Shown here one piece after another: positions 1 through 9,034 of a DNA stretch of 64,000 bases. The DNA comes from Stellaceae bacterium. GTDB taxonomy: Bacteria > Pseudomonadota > Alphaproteobacteria > ATCC43930 > CGMCC-115725. The notes beneath the pieces were generated by a model. It made no database searches and was not told the DNA's origin. It was given only the letters and a program-made list of their open reading frames with translations. The position numbers and the translations under genes were made by a program. How positions within the stretch are numbered: position 1 is the stretch's first letter; each line of letters begins with the position of its first letter. The stretch is taken from NCBI GenBank assembly GCA_035553515.1, contig DATNDG010000073.1, positions 6,034 through 70,033 on the forward strand, given 5' to 3'.

Positions 1-831
1 CTGCAGATTGCGCGTGAAGGTCGAGATCCACACCGCCCCCTGGTTCTTCTCCGCCCAGAGGCTCGCCGGCGCGATATAGCCCAGCGTCTTGCCGACCCCG
101 GTGCCGGCTTCGGCCAGCACCAGCTGCGGCTCGTCCTCGCGCTCGCGCGGGCGGAAGGCGGCGCTCACCGCCGCGGCATAGTCCGCCTGCTGCGGCCGCG
201 CCTCGGCCGCCTCGCCGAGCAGCGATGCAAGCCGCCGCCGCGCCTCGCTCTCTTCCACCGGGATATTGCCGGGCGGCGGCGGCGGCGCCTGCTCGGCCCA
301 TTCCGGCAGCTTTCGCCAGGCGGCCATCCCGGCGGGCGCAGCCTCCGCCGAGGGATCACCCAGCGCGGTCAGCACCGCGCCTGCCCAGGCCCAGCCGCTG
401 CGCTCCATAGCAAGCGCCACCGCATGCGCCTCGGCATCAGGCGCTTCAGCGAGCAGCAGGAGCAGCGCTTCCGCCGAGCGCAGCAGCGACAGCGCCTCGT
501 CGCCGATGCCGCGCCCCGGCAGCGGCAGCCCCAGCGCCGCCGCCAGGCCGCGTGGCGTCGGCAGGCAGAACCGCGCCGGTCGCACGAAGGCGTGCAGCTC
601 GAGCAGATCGAGCGCCGGGAAAGGCAGCACGCCCATGCGCCGCGCCGTCGCCCGCGCGTGGCAGAGAAAGGGCGGCGTGCTGCGCGCGCGCCGCGCCGCG
701 TCACTGAAGGCGAGAAGCTCGATCTCGCCGTCCGGCGTCAGCCATGCGGCCTGCCGTGCGCCGGCGACGAGCGCCGGGGCCGGCGGCAGCGCGACCGCGG
801 AATCCGCGCGGGAGGTGATGGTGGAGCCCAC
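1..831 (-). CDS. DinG/Rad3-type ATP-dependent DNA helicase, N-terminal part (gene runs off window start)
   Basis: Open minus-strand frame reaching position 1; it is absent from the ORF track because no stop lies in the window. My translation ends ...EPQLVLAEAGTGVGKTLGYIAPASLWAEKNQGAVWISTFTRNLQ, which carries the Walker A / helicase motif I. The frame is closed upstream by TGA at 871-873. The start is uncertain (GTG 829-831 is a candidate). Confidence 0.7.
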   Translation of the reverse strand, partial: MGSTITSRADSAVALPPAPALVAGARQAAWLTPDGEIELLAFSDAARRARSTPPFLCHARATARRMGVLPFPALDLLELHAFVRPARFCLPTPRGLAAALGLPLPGRGIGDEALSLLRSAEALLLLLAEAPDAEAHAVALAMERSGWAWAGAVLTALGDPSAEAAPAGMAAWRKLPEWAEQAPPPPPGNIPVEESEARRRLASLLGEAAEARPQQADYAAAVSAAFRPREREDEPQLVLAEAGTGVGKTLGYIAPASLWAEKNQGAVWISTFTRNLQ

Positions 832-870
832 CGCGCGGGTATAGACCGCCCCGCGGCCAAGGTCACGCCG

Positions 871-1347
871 TCAACTGTTGCCGCTGCGCAGCAATCCATA
901 AAGGCTGTCGAAGGCTTCGGCGCCGGCGCTGCCGGTGGCGCCGCCGGTGACGACGAACATGCGGCCGAGCGCCGCCTCGATCGCAGCGGGACCGGCACTG
1001 CCGAGCGGCTTCACCGGGGCGCGCACGCAGAATGTGCCCGCGGTGAGCGCCACCCGGGCGGCGGTGACGACCTGCAGCGAAGACGAAACGCTGTTGCCGC
1101 GGAGTTCGGGGTTCACGACATCGTCGAAGGCGTCGGCGGTGAAGGTGACGCCGGCCGGGATGTCGATCTCCGCCGACGAGTTCTCGTCGATCGATCCCGG
1201 CAGCCGGCAGATCTCGAGCGTGACCGCCGCGGCGCCCGCCGGCGACAGGGAAGCGGGGGCCGAGCCGGCCAAGGCCGCGCCCGGCGCCGAGATCGCCAGC
1301 AGCGCGGCCAGCCAGATGTGCTTTCCGAAAACGCTTCGCATCGGCAT
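871..1347 (-). CDS. secreted hypothetical protein
   Basis: 158-aa ORF. The N-terminus MPMRSVFGKHIWLAALLAISAPGAALA is a Sec-type signal peptide. Confidence 0.55.
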   Translation of the reverse strand: MPMRSVFGKHIWLAALLAISAPGAALAGSAPASLSPAGAAAVTLEICRLPGSIDENSSAEIDIPAGVTFTADAFDDVVNPELRGNSVSSSLQVVTAARVALTAGTFCVRAPVKPLGSAGPAAIEAALGRMFVVTGGATGSAGAEAFDSLYGLLRSGNS

Positions 1348-1454
1348 CTAAGTGCTGGGCCGCGATTGACTGCCGGCGCGGGCGCCTTCGCAAGTTACAA
1401 ATCTGCAAGGCGGCGGCCTTGTCGCCGGGTCCGTCACTGCGCTAGCGTCCTGCC

Positions 1455-1802
1455 ATGGCCGAGCGGTTGATCTATCACATGTGCCGGCGTGCCGAATGGC
1501 AAGCGGCCGAACGCGCCGGCGCCTATCGCGGCTCGTCGCAGGATCAGACCGACGGCTTCATCCATTTCTCGACCGCCGCCCAGCTCGCGGGATCGGCCGC
1601 CAAGCATCGCGCCGGGCAAAGCGATCTCGTGCTGGTCGCGGTCGAGCCGGTCTCGCTCGGCGAGGCGCTGCGCTGGGAAAAGGCGCGCGACGGTGCGCTC
1701 TTTCCGCATCTTTACGGCGCGCTGACACTGTCGAGCGTGCGCTGGGTGAAGGAGATGCCGCTGGGCCAGGACGGGCGCCATCTCCTGCCGGCGCTCGAGT
1801 GA
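1455..1802 (+). CDS. DUF952 family protein
   Basis: 115 aa. MAERLIYHMCRRAEWQ...GFIHFSTAAQL...LFPHLYGAL matches the DUF952 pattern. Confidence 0.8.
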   Translation: MAERLIYHMCRRAEWQAAERAGAYRGSSQDQTDGFIHFSTAAQLAGSAAKHRAGQSDLVLVAVEPVSLGEALRWEKARDGALFPHLYGALTLSSVRWVKEMPLGQDGRHLLPALE

Positions 1803-1804
1803 CG

Positions 1805-2893
1805 ATGATGCTGCACGATCTCGCTCTCCCGCTGCTGCGCCAGCTGCCGCCGGAGACCGCGCATCGGCTGACCATCCGGGCGCTACGCGGGGGCTGGCTG
1901 CTGCCGCGGCGGCCGCGCGCCGATCCGCCGAGCCTCGCGATCGCGCTGTGGGGGCGGCGCTTTCCCAACCCGGTCGGGCTCGCCGCAGGCTTCGACAAGA
2001 ATGCCGAGGTGCCGGACCCGATGCTGCGCTTCGGCTTCGGCTTCGTCGAATGCGGCACCTTGACGCCACGGCCGCAAGCCGGGAATCCGCGCCCGCGCCT
2101 CTTCCGCCTCGAGGAGGACGAAGCGCTGATCAACCGGCTCGGCTTCAACAATGAAGGCGTCGCCGCCGGCGCGGCGCGGCTCGCGCTGCGCGAGCGCGGC
2201 GCCGGCATCGTCGGCGCCAATATCGGCAAGAACCGCGATGCGGCCGACGACGTCGCCGATTACGTGCAAGGCGTCACCGCGCTGGCGCCGCTCGCTGATT
2301 ACCTCGTCGTCAACGTCTCGTCGCCGAACACGCCGGGGCTGCGCGAGCTGCAGCGCAAAAGCACGGTGACCTTGCTCATCGAGCGTTTGATGGCGGCGCG
2401 TGCCGCGGTGACGCCGGAGCACCCGCCGCCGCTGCTGCTGAAGATCGCGCCGGATCTCGCGCCGGAGGATCGCATCGATCTCGCCGACGCGGCGCTCTCG
2501 ACCGGCATCGACGGGCTGGTGATCGCCAACACCACCGTGGCCCGGCCGCCGAGCCTCAGAAGCGGGCACGCGCACGAGCCCGGCGGCCTCAGCGGCAAGC
2601 CGCTGCTCGCGCCCTCCACAGCGCTCCTTGCCGAGATGTACCGCCTGACCGAAGGCAAGCTGCCGATCATCGGCGTCGGCGGCATCGCGTCGGGCGCCGA
2701 CGCCTATGAGAAGATCCGCGCCGGCGCCAGCCTGGTGCAGCTCTACACCGCTCTCGTCTACCACGGACCCGGGCTGGTACAGCGCATCAAGCGCGAACTC
2801 GCCGAGCTCCTCGCGCGCGACGGTTTCGCCCAGCTCTCCGATGCCGTCGGCACGGCTGAGCATTCGCCGCGCGCGGCGGCGCATGGGCGATGA
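1805..2893 (+). CDS. pyrD: dihydroorotate dehydrogenase (quinone), class 2
   Basis: In-frame ATG at 1805 inside the longer track ORF 1481..2893. Motifs present: GLAAGFDKN, NRLGFNN, NVSSPNTPGLR, GGLSG, GVGGI. Confidence 0.93.
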   Translation: MMLHDLALPLLRQLPPETAHRLTIRALRGGWLLPRRPRADPPSLAIALWGRRFPNPVGLAAGFDKNAEVPDPMLRFGFGFVECGTLTPRPQAGNPRPRLFRLEEDEALINRLGFNNEGVAAGAARLALRERGAGIVGANIGKNRDAADDVADYVQGVTALAPLADYLVVNVSSPNTPGLRELQRKSTVTLLIERLMAARAAVTPEHPPPLLLKIAPDLAPEDRIDLADAALSTGIDGLVIANTTVARPPSLRSGHAHEPGGLSGKPLLAPSTALLAEMYRLTEGKLPIIGVGGIASGADAYEKIRAGASLVQLYTALVYHGPGLVQRIKRELAELLARDGFAQLSDAVGTAEHSPRAAAHGR

Positions 2894-3759
2894 CCCTCAC
2901 TCTGCTGAGCGGCCTCGGCGAGATCGACGGGCGCTATGACGGCCTGATCCTCGATCTCTGGGGCGTGCTGCATGACGGCACAGCGCCCTTTCCCGGCGTC
3001 GTCGATGCGCTCTCGCGGCTGAAGCAGGCGGGAAAGCGGCTCTGCGTGCTGTCGAACGCGCCGCGCCGCGCGCATCTGGTCGAGCAGCGGATGAACGAGA
3101 TCGGTCTCGTGCGCGGGCTTTACGACCATGTGCATTCCTCGGGCGAGGAAGCCTGGCAGCATCTGTTGCGGCGCGACGATCCCTTCTACGCCGCGCTCGG
3201 CCGGCGCTGCTATCACATCGGCCCCGCGCGCGACGACAACATGCTCGAAGGCGTCGATCTCGAGCGCGTCGCAGAGATCGAGGAAGCGGAGTTCATCCTC
3301 AACACCGGCCCCTCGGGTTGGGATGAGACGGTCGAGCAGTACGAGGCGCTGCTGCGCGAGGCGCGCGCGCGCGATCTGCCGATGGTCTGCGCCAATCCCG
3401 ATCTGGTGGTGGTGAGCCAGGGCCGCCGCGCGATCTGCGCTGGCGTGGTGGCGCAACGCTACGAGGCGCTGGGCGGCCGCGTGCGCTGGCACGGCAAGCC
3501 CTTTCGCCCGGTCTACGAGACCTGCTTTGCGGCGCTCGGCATCGCCGATCGGCGGCGCATCCTCGCGGTCGGCGACAGCTTGCGCACCGACATCGCCGGC
3601 GCCAACGCCGCCGGCATCGCCAGCCTGCTGGTCACCGGCGGCATCCATGCCGAGGAGTTCGGCCTCGTCGGCGGCCAGCCCGACCTCGACCGGCTGGTCG
3701 AGGCGGTCGCGGCGAGCGGCCACCGGCCCGACGCGGTCATCGCACATTTCCGCTGGTAA
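2890..3759 (+). CDS. HAD superfamily IIA hydrolase (TIGR01459-like)
   Basis: 289 aa. LILDLWGVLHDG carries the DxD-type motif I, followed by VLSNAPR and a C-terminal GDSLRTDIAGA. The ATGA overlap with the pyrD stop suggests translational coupling. Confidence 0.85.
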   Translation: MTLTLLSGLGEIDGRYDGLILDLWGVLHDGTAPFPGVVDALSRLKQAGKRLCVLSNAPRRAHLVEQRMNEIGLVRGLYDHVHSSGEEAWQHLLRRDDPFYAALGRRCYHIGPARDDNMLEGVDLERVAEIEEAEFILNTGPSGWDETVEQYEALLREARARDLPMVCANPDLVVVSQGRRAICAGVVAQRYEALGGRVRWHGKPFRPVYETCFAALGIADRRRILAVGDSLRTDIAGANAAGIASLLVTGGIHAEEFGLVGGQPDLDRLVEAVAASGHRPDAVIAHFRW

Positions 3760-3965
3760 AGTGGCGAGCGCAGGAGACGCGGGCTAAACCACTTTGGAGT
3801 TTCAGCTCATTCACGCGCGCGGTGAAAGAGGTCCTCGACGTTTCCGGCAGGTACTGCAAATGGCGCGGTGAGATACCCCTCTTGCGTCTCTCGGCGGCAG
3901 TGCTCTCTTCGACGCTTCTCGCGTTTTGCGCGAGCGTCAAAATTGCCGCTCGATCGACGCAATTT

Positions 3966-4547
3966 TCATGCGGGCGCGGTCTCGCGGGCGTAGAGCGCCA
4001 GGGTGATCAACGTCAGACCGTGCGACAACAGGTCGATGCCGACGAACAGGCCGAGCACCCATAAGGCCGTGCCTGGCAGCCCCGCGACAACGACCCCGAC
4101 CAGGTCGACGACGCAGTTGAGCAGGAGCCAGCCCCAGCGGCCCGGCAGGGCGCGCTTGTGCTCGAGTGCGAGCAGGATCGATAGGATGGCCTCGATCACG
4201 AAGAAGGCAGTCAGCACCCGTGCAAGGAAAATCGCGCCGCTGGTCGACCCGACGATCAGCACGATACCGACGACAAGGCCGAGGATCGCCGACAGCAGCG
4301 ACCACCAGTAACCGGGCGCTTGCCGCATCCAGAACGCGCTGAGGAGCCCGAGGATGCCGCTGATGAAGAAGAGCCGGCCGAGGAAGAGAGCGATCGCGAA
4401 CGTCGCGAGCGTCGGCACGAAAATCGCCGCCGCCCCAAGGATCGTCAGGACGATCCCCTCGAAGAGATAAGCGCCCCAGTGCTCGTGTAGCCCCTGACCA
4501 GGATCCGTCGCCACCATGCGAGCGCTCCTCGGCTGAGGTTGCCGCAC
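3966..4547 (-). CDS. HdeD/DUF308 family membrane protein
   Basis: 193 aa with about 6 predicted TM helices and a repeated GxxxG-rich DUF308-like pattern. An alternative start is MVATD at 4517. Confidence 0.7.
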   Translation of the reverse strand: MRQPQPRSARMVATDPGQGLHEHWGAYLFEGIVLTILGAAAIFVPTLATFAIALFLGRLFFISGILGLLSAFWMRQAPGYWWSLLSAILGLVVGIVLIVGSTSGAIFLARVLTAFFVIEAILSILLALEHKRALPGRWGWLLLNCVVDLVGVVVAGLPGTALWVLGLFVGIDLLSHGLTLITLALYARETAPA

Positions 4548-4658
4548 CCATAGTCGTCGACCAATGTAAGGGCGGACCCGCGGATTGCCTACCGCCTCGC
4601 CGCAGTGCCCGTTGGCCTGGCGCAGCCCGGCTCGTTTATGAGTACGCGCCCCTAGCGG

Positions 4659-5006
4659 TCAGTGATGATGCCCGCGGTGCAGGATCACGTCGCCCAGGCC
4701 CGTGTCATAGGCGAGGCCGGCCTCGGTGACGATCGCGGCCTGCGGGAACATCGACTTGATGAGCCCCTTGCGCTCGAGCGCACGCCAGGCACCTTCATTG
4801 CCAAGCCCGCTCGCATCCCGCGTCGCCACGACGGCATCGCCGAGATGGAAGTGATCGCCATGCGGTTGCGGCAGATTGGCGACCACCATCGACCCCGGCT
4901 CGTCGGCCGGGCGGCTGTGCCCGGGCAGCCGGGCGAGCTCCTGCAGCAGGGTCAAGGTGCGAAGCTGCAGCGGGTTGAGGTTGAGCGGGTTCTTTTTGGG
5001 CGTCAT
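4659..5006 (-). CDS. hypothetical protein
   Basis: 115-aa C-terminal part of track ORF 4659..5234, starting at the internal ATG (MTPKKNPLNL...). The longer version would overlap the divergent transporter gene. Confidence 0.5.
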   Translation of the reverse strand: MTPKKNPLNLNPLQLRTLTLLQELARLPGHSRPADEPGSMVVANLPQPHGDHFHLGDAVVATRDASGLGNEGAWRALERKGLIKSMFPQAAIVTEAGLAYDTGLGDVILHRGHHH

Positions 5007-5109
5007 CGCCTCATCTAAGCCGGCGCAATCGAAGCCGTCAAACCGGCAGAACTCCGGCGCCGTTCCGGTCGTTAGTGAGAGACAGCGCCCTGGCTCCGGA
5101 CCCCTCCAT

Positions 5110-6234
5110 ATGAGCGACGAGATCCGGTCGGAAGGCACCGGCCGGCCGGCCGACGAGAGCGCGTCGGGCAGCGAGATCGCCCCCGTCGCAGCGCCCGCGC
5201 CGCCGGCCTTCCGCTCGATCATGCTCACCGGCATCTTCGTGCTGCTGGTGTTCTATACGCTCTATTTCACCGCCGAGATCGCCATTCCGCTGGTCTTCGC
5301 GCTGCTCTTGAAGCTGCTGCTGCAGCCGGGCGCGCGGCTGCTCGGCCGCCTCCATGTGCCACAAAGCCTGGCGGCGCTGGTGATGATCGCGCTGCTCTTC
5401 GGTCTTTTCGCCCTGGCCGGCTACGGGCTAACCGGGCCGGCGGCGAGCTGGGCGCATAAGGCGCCGGAGAGCCTGCCGCGGCTCGAGCAGCGCCTCAGCC
5501 TGCTGAAGGAGCCGATCGACCGGCTGCGCCAGGCCGCCCAGCAGGTCGAGCAGATGGCGCAAGGCCCGGCCGCAGCGCCGGCGGTCGCGGTGCAGGGCCC
5601 GAGCCTCACCGATTATCTCTTCTCCGGCACGCGGCGGCTGCTCAGCGGCCTCGGCATCACCGTGCTGCTGCTCTTCTTCCTGCTCGCCTCGGACGACGTC
5701 TTCATGCGCCGCCTCGTCGAGATCCTGCCGAGCTTCCGCGACAAGAAGCAGGCCGTGGCGATCTCGCACGAGGTCGAGAGCAACATCTCGGCCTATCTCG
5801 TCACCATCACGGTGATGAACGCGTTGGTCGGCACGGCGACGACTTTGGTGATGTGGGTGATCGGCCTGCCCGATCCGCTGCTCTGGGGCGCGCTCGCCTT
5901 CGTGCTCAACTACGTGCTGATCCTGGGGCCGTTGACCGGCGTCTGCCTCTTCTTCCTCGTCGGGCTGCTCACCTTCGATACGCTGTGGCAGGCGCTGCTG
6001 CCGCCCGCCGCCTATCTGGCGATCCACATCATCGAGGGCGAATGGGTGACGCCGATGCTGGTGGCGCGGCGCTTCACGCTCAATCCGGTGCTGGTGATCG
6101 GCTCGCTGATCTTCTGGGACTGGATGTGGGGCATCCCCGGCGCGCTCCTCGCCGTGCCCATGCTCGCCGTCTTCAAGATCGTCTGCGACCGCGTCCGCCC
6201 GCTGACGGCGATCGGCCATTTCATCGGCGGCTGA
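5110..6234 (+). CDS. AI-2E (PerM/UPF0118) family transporter
   Basis: ATG 5110 (MSDEIRSEG...) lies inside track ORF 4876..6234. The protein has multiple TM helices and the ending ...HIIEGEWVTPMLVARRFTLNPVLVIGSLIFWDWMWGIPGALLAVPML typical of the family. Confidence 0.85.
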   Translation: MSDEIRSEGTGRPADESASGSEIAPVAAPAPPAFRSIMLTGIFVLLVFYTLYFTAEIAIPLVFALLLKLLLQPGARLLGRLHVPQSLAALVMIALLFGLFALAGYGLTGPAASWAHKAPESLPRLEQRLSLLKEPIDRLRQAAQQVEQMAQGPAAAPAVAVQGPSLTDYLFSGTRRLLSGLGITVLLLFFLLASDDVFMRRLVEILPSFRDKKQAVAISHEVESNISAYLVTITVMNALVGTATTLVMWVIGLPDPLLWGALAFVLNYVLILGPLTGVCLFFLVGLLTFDTLWQALLPPAAYLAIHIIEGEWVTPMLVARRFTLNPVLVIGSLIFWDWMWGIPGALLAVPMLAVFKIVCDRVRPLTAIGHFIGG

Positions 6235-6264
6235 GGAGCCGGAAGCCGGCTCCGCCGCCGGCGA

Positions 6265-6684
6265 TTACTCTTGCAGCTCGGCTTCGCGATTGCCGAGTTT
6301 GGCGATGAGCCGCAGGATGTCCGCCTGGAGCTGTGGATCCTTGATGCCGTAATAACCGCGGATCAGCGACATGATCTCGCGCCGGTCGAAGGTCTCGCTG
6401 GCGTCGGGCATCACCTCCTGCGCCAGGTTCTTGGCGACGAGACCGTCGGGATAGCCCTCGAAGAAAAAGGCGGGCGAGACCTGCAGCACCTGCGCCACGT
6501 CGTAGAGCCGGCTCGCCGAGATGCGGATATCGCCGGATTCGTATTTCTGCACGGCCTGGAAGGAGACGCCGATCTTGCCGGCGAGCGCGCCCTGGCTGAG
6601 GCCGAGCTGAATGCGGCGCAGCCGCATGCGGCCTCCGACATAGACGTCGATCGGATGAGGCGCATTGTCTTTCTGTGGCGTCAT
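6265..6684 (-). CDS. XRE-family helix-turn-helix transcriptional regulator
   Basis: 139 aa. VGGRMRLRRIQLGLSQGALAGKIGVSFQAVQKYESG is a Cro/C1-type HTH. Confidence 0.85.
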   Translation of the reverse strand: MTPQKDNAPHPIDVYVGGRMRLRRIQLGLSQGALAGKIGVSFQAVQKYESGDIRISASRLYDVAQVLQVSPAFFFEGYPDGLVAKNLAQEVMPDASETFDRREIMSLIRGYYGIKDPQLQADILRLIAKLGNREAELQE

Positions 6685-7158
6685 GGCCTGCTTGCGACCT
6701 GTTCTGGTGGAAGGGCCGTAGCGGCGATGCTCCCGCCGATCCCCCCGCTACGCCGGGAATCGACCGTGTTCTGGCGGTCCAATGCTCCTGGGCGGCGGGT
6801 ATTGCCCGCACGCCCTTGCCCGGTGGTGTTCGGCGACCCCAGAGGCGGCAAACGCGCCTCGGCAGTCTCCCCCCGAACGCAAGGCAGCCTGCACCGGGCA
6901 TCGAGATTGCACCGGCGCGAAACCACCCCTAATTGCATCCTAACGGAAGCGATTCAGATCGCAAATAGTTTATCGCCACGTGATCAAGCGATCACCAGCG
7001 CTGGCCCGACGCTTGCAAGATTTTGAAATATCCAGCTTTTCTGCGGTATCCCGGTGCCCTACGGATCACGGAAGAGCGCCCCGCCCCACGCCATTTCTGC
7101 AAGTCTGCCTTGCGCGACGGGGAGGGCATCCGCCCGCCGGTCCGGCGCAAGATTGGCC

Positions 7159-8145
7159 ATGCGCGCGATGCTCTTCGAGGGCTCTCACCGCCCGCTCCGC
7201 TGGGACGGGCGGAGGGCGGCCCCTTCGCCCGGCCCGGGTCAAGTGGCGATCCGCGTGCGCGCCTGCGGCGTCTGCCGCACCGACCTGCACATCGTCGATG
7301 GCGAACTCGACCAGCCAAAGCTGCCGCTCATCCCCGGCCATGAGATCGTTGGAATCGTCGAAAGCCTGGGTCCGGGCGTCACCGCGCTCGCCCCCGGCGA
7401 CCGCGTCGGTGTGCCCTGGCTCGGCTGGACCTGCGGTCGCTGTGTCTATTGCCGCTCCGGCCGCGAGAATCTCTGCGCCGAGGCACGCTTCACCGGCTAT
7501 CAGATCGATGGCGGCTATGCCGAGTTCGCCGTCGCCGATGCACGCTTCTGCTTCCCGATCCCGGCGGCGTACGACGATGTCGCGGCGGCGCCGCTGCTCT
7601 GTGCCGGGCTCATCGGCTATCGCGCGCTCCGCATGGCCGGCCCGGCGGAGCGGCTCGGCCTCTATGGCTTCGGCGCCGCGGCGCATATCGCGGTGCAGGT
7701 GGCGCGCCATCTCGGCCAGAAGGTCTTCGCCTTCACCAAGCCCGGCGACGGCGCCGGTCAGGATTTCGCCCGGGCACTCGGCGCCGCCTGGACCGGCGGC
7801 TCGGACACGCTGCCGCCCGAGCCGCTCGACGCCGCGCTCCTCTTCGCGCCGGTGGGCGCGCTGGTGCCGGCGGCGCTGGCGGCTACCGCCAAGGGCGGCA
7901 CGGTGGTCTGCGCCGGCATCCATATGAGCGATATTCCGAGCTTTCCCTATCGCCTCCTCTGGGAGGAGCGCGTCCTGCGCTCGGTCGCCAACCTGACGCG
8001 GCGCGACGGCGAGGAGTTCCTGGATCTGGCTCCGAAAGTACCGGTGCGCACCACCACCGAGGCCTTCCCGCTCGCGCACGCGAACGAGGCGCTGCGCCGG
8101 CTGCGCGCCGGCGAGATCGAAGGCGCCGCGGTGCTGGTGCCGTAG
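7159..8145 (+). CDS. zinc-dependent alcohol dehydrogenase family protein
   Basis: ATG 7159 (MRAMLFEG) lies inside track ORF 7054..8145. Motifs: GVCRTDLH, PGHEIVG, the structural-Zn Cys cluster CGRCVYCRSGRENLC, and GFGAAAH in the Rossmann region. Confidence 0.9.
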   Translation: MRAMLFEGSHRPLRWDGRRAAPSPGPGQVAIRVRACGVCRTDLHIVDGELDQPKLPLIPGHEIVGIVESLGPGVTALAPGDRVGVPWLGWTCGRCVYCRSGRENLCAEARFTGYQIDGGYAEFAVADARFCFPIPAAYDDVAAAPLLCAGLIGYRALRMAGPAERLGLYGFGAAAHIAVQVARHLGQKVFAFTKPGDGAGQDFARALGAAWTGGSDTLPPEPLDAALLFAPVGALVPAALAATAKGGTVVCAGIHMSDIPSFPYRLLWEERVLRSVANLTRRDGEEFLDLAPKVPVRTTTEAFPLAHANEALRRLRAGEIEGAAVLVP

Positions 8146-8184
8146 GGCACGCCCGGTTTAGTTGGGATGAAGGTGGTCTCTAGT

Positions 8185-8362
8185 CCCTCTCCGCGCGCAG
8201 CGGGGAGAGGGAGCGACCGCATGCGGTCGCTCCCGTGGCTCGTAAGAGCCACGGGGAGGGTGAGGTGTCTCGCCGCGGCACGAGCGCGTTCGCCATCGCT
8301 ACCCACCTCACCTGGCTCGCTACGCTCGCCACCCTCTCCCCCCGCAAGCGGGCGGAGAGGGG
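8185..8362. repeat. intergenic mosaic of stem-loops (family B, ccctctcc...ggagaggg type)
   Basis: Consecutive hairpins: ccctctcc-N11-ggagaggg, gagcgaccgc-at-gcggtcgctc, ccgtggctc-N4-gagccacgg and ccctctcc...ggagaggg, plus the distal pair ggtgaggtg/cacctcacc. It lies between convergent genes. Confidence 0.85.
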
Positions 8363-8401
8363 CTAGCCAAAGCTTTCGTCAAATCGGGATACGTCTCTCA
8401 G

Positions 8402-8962
8402 TCAGGCGGGATTGAGGCGGCGGGTCCAGTCGCGCAGCGCGACGAGAAGCTGGCCGATCAGGTCGCGCGTCGCCTGGTCGGTGAGCTTGCCCTGGGCGTC
8501 GAACTTGTTGCCCGCCTGGGCGATCAGCACCTCGGGCTTGTTGACCGGGAACATGTCGAGGAAGACGAAGCATTGGCGCAGGTGATATTGCGCGCGCGTC
8601 GTTCCCCAAAGGCTCGGCGTGGCGCCCATCACCGCCACCGGCTTGCCGATCACCGGCGGCGTCGGCGGCCGCGACGCCCAGTCGATGACGTTCTTCAGCA
8701 CGCCCGACATGGAATAATTGTATTCGGGGGTCGCGAAGAGCAGCGCGTCGGCCGCCGCCATCTGTTCGCGCAGGCGCTGCACCGGCGCCGGATATCCTGC
8801 CGCGCGCACATCGTCGTTATAGAGCGGAATCTCGGAGATATCGGCGATCTCGAGCGTCATGCCTTCCGGCACCAGCTCCTGTGCGGCGCGCAAGGCCGCG
8901 GAGTTGAACGACCCCTTGCGCAGGCTGCCCGAGACGGCAAGGGTCTTCACGATACGAGCCAT
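8402..8962 (-). CDS. NADPH-dependent FMN reductase family protein
   Basis: 186 aa. LAVSGSLRKGSFN, FATPEYNYSMSGVLKNVIDW. Confidence 0.88.
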   Translation of the reverse strand: MARIVKTLAVSGSLRKGSFNSAALRAAQELVPEGMTLEIADISEIPLYNDDVRAAGYPAPVQRLREQMAAADALLFATPEYNYSMSGVLKNVIDWASRPPTPPVIGKPVAVMGATPSLWGTTRAQYHLRQCFVFLDMFPVNKPEVLIAQAGNKFDAQGKLTDQATRDLIGQLLVALRDWTRRLNPA

Positions 8963-9034
8963 GGACTCCCCTCCTGGCGGTTTTTGTGGCGCCTGCCATA
9001 GGACGCGGCGGCCGCCGCGGCAAGCCCCCGGGGC

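Noticed and set aside
424-1470. 348-aa plus-strand ORF, extremely Arg/Ala/Gly-rich.
   Set aside because: It runs antisense to the helicase frame and to the signal-peptide protein at 871..1347. The composition is typical of out-of-frame shadow ORFs in high-GC DNA, and no motifs are present.
4876-5109. N-terminal 78-codon extension of the AI-2E transporter ORF.
   Set aside because: It overlaps the divergent gene 4659..5006 and has shadow-type composition. The in-frame ATG at 5110 gives a normal cytoplasmic N-terminus before the first TM helix.
8185-8362. Possible CRISPR array, considered because of repeated GC-rich palindromes here and at 10557, 12911, 14220, 22890 and 24828.
   Set aside because: There are no regularly spaced direct repeats with unique spacers and no cas genes. 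The copies are dispersed single palindromic elements (REP/RIME-like).
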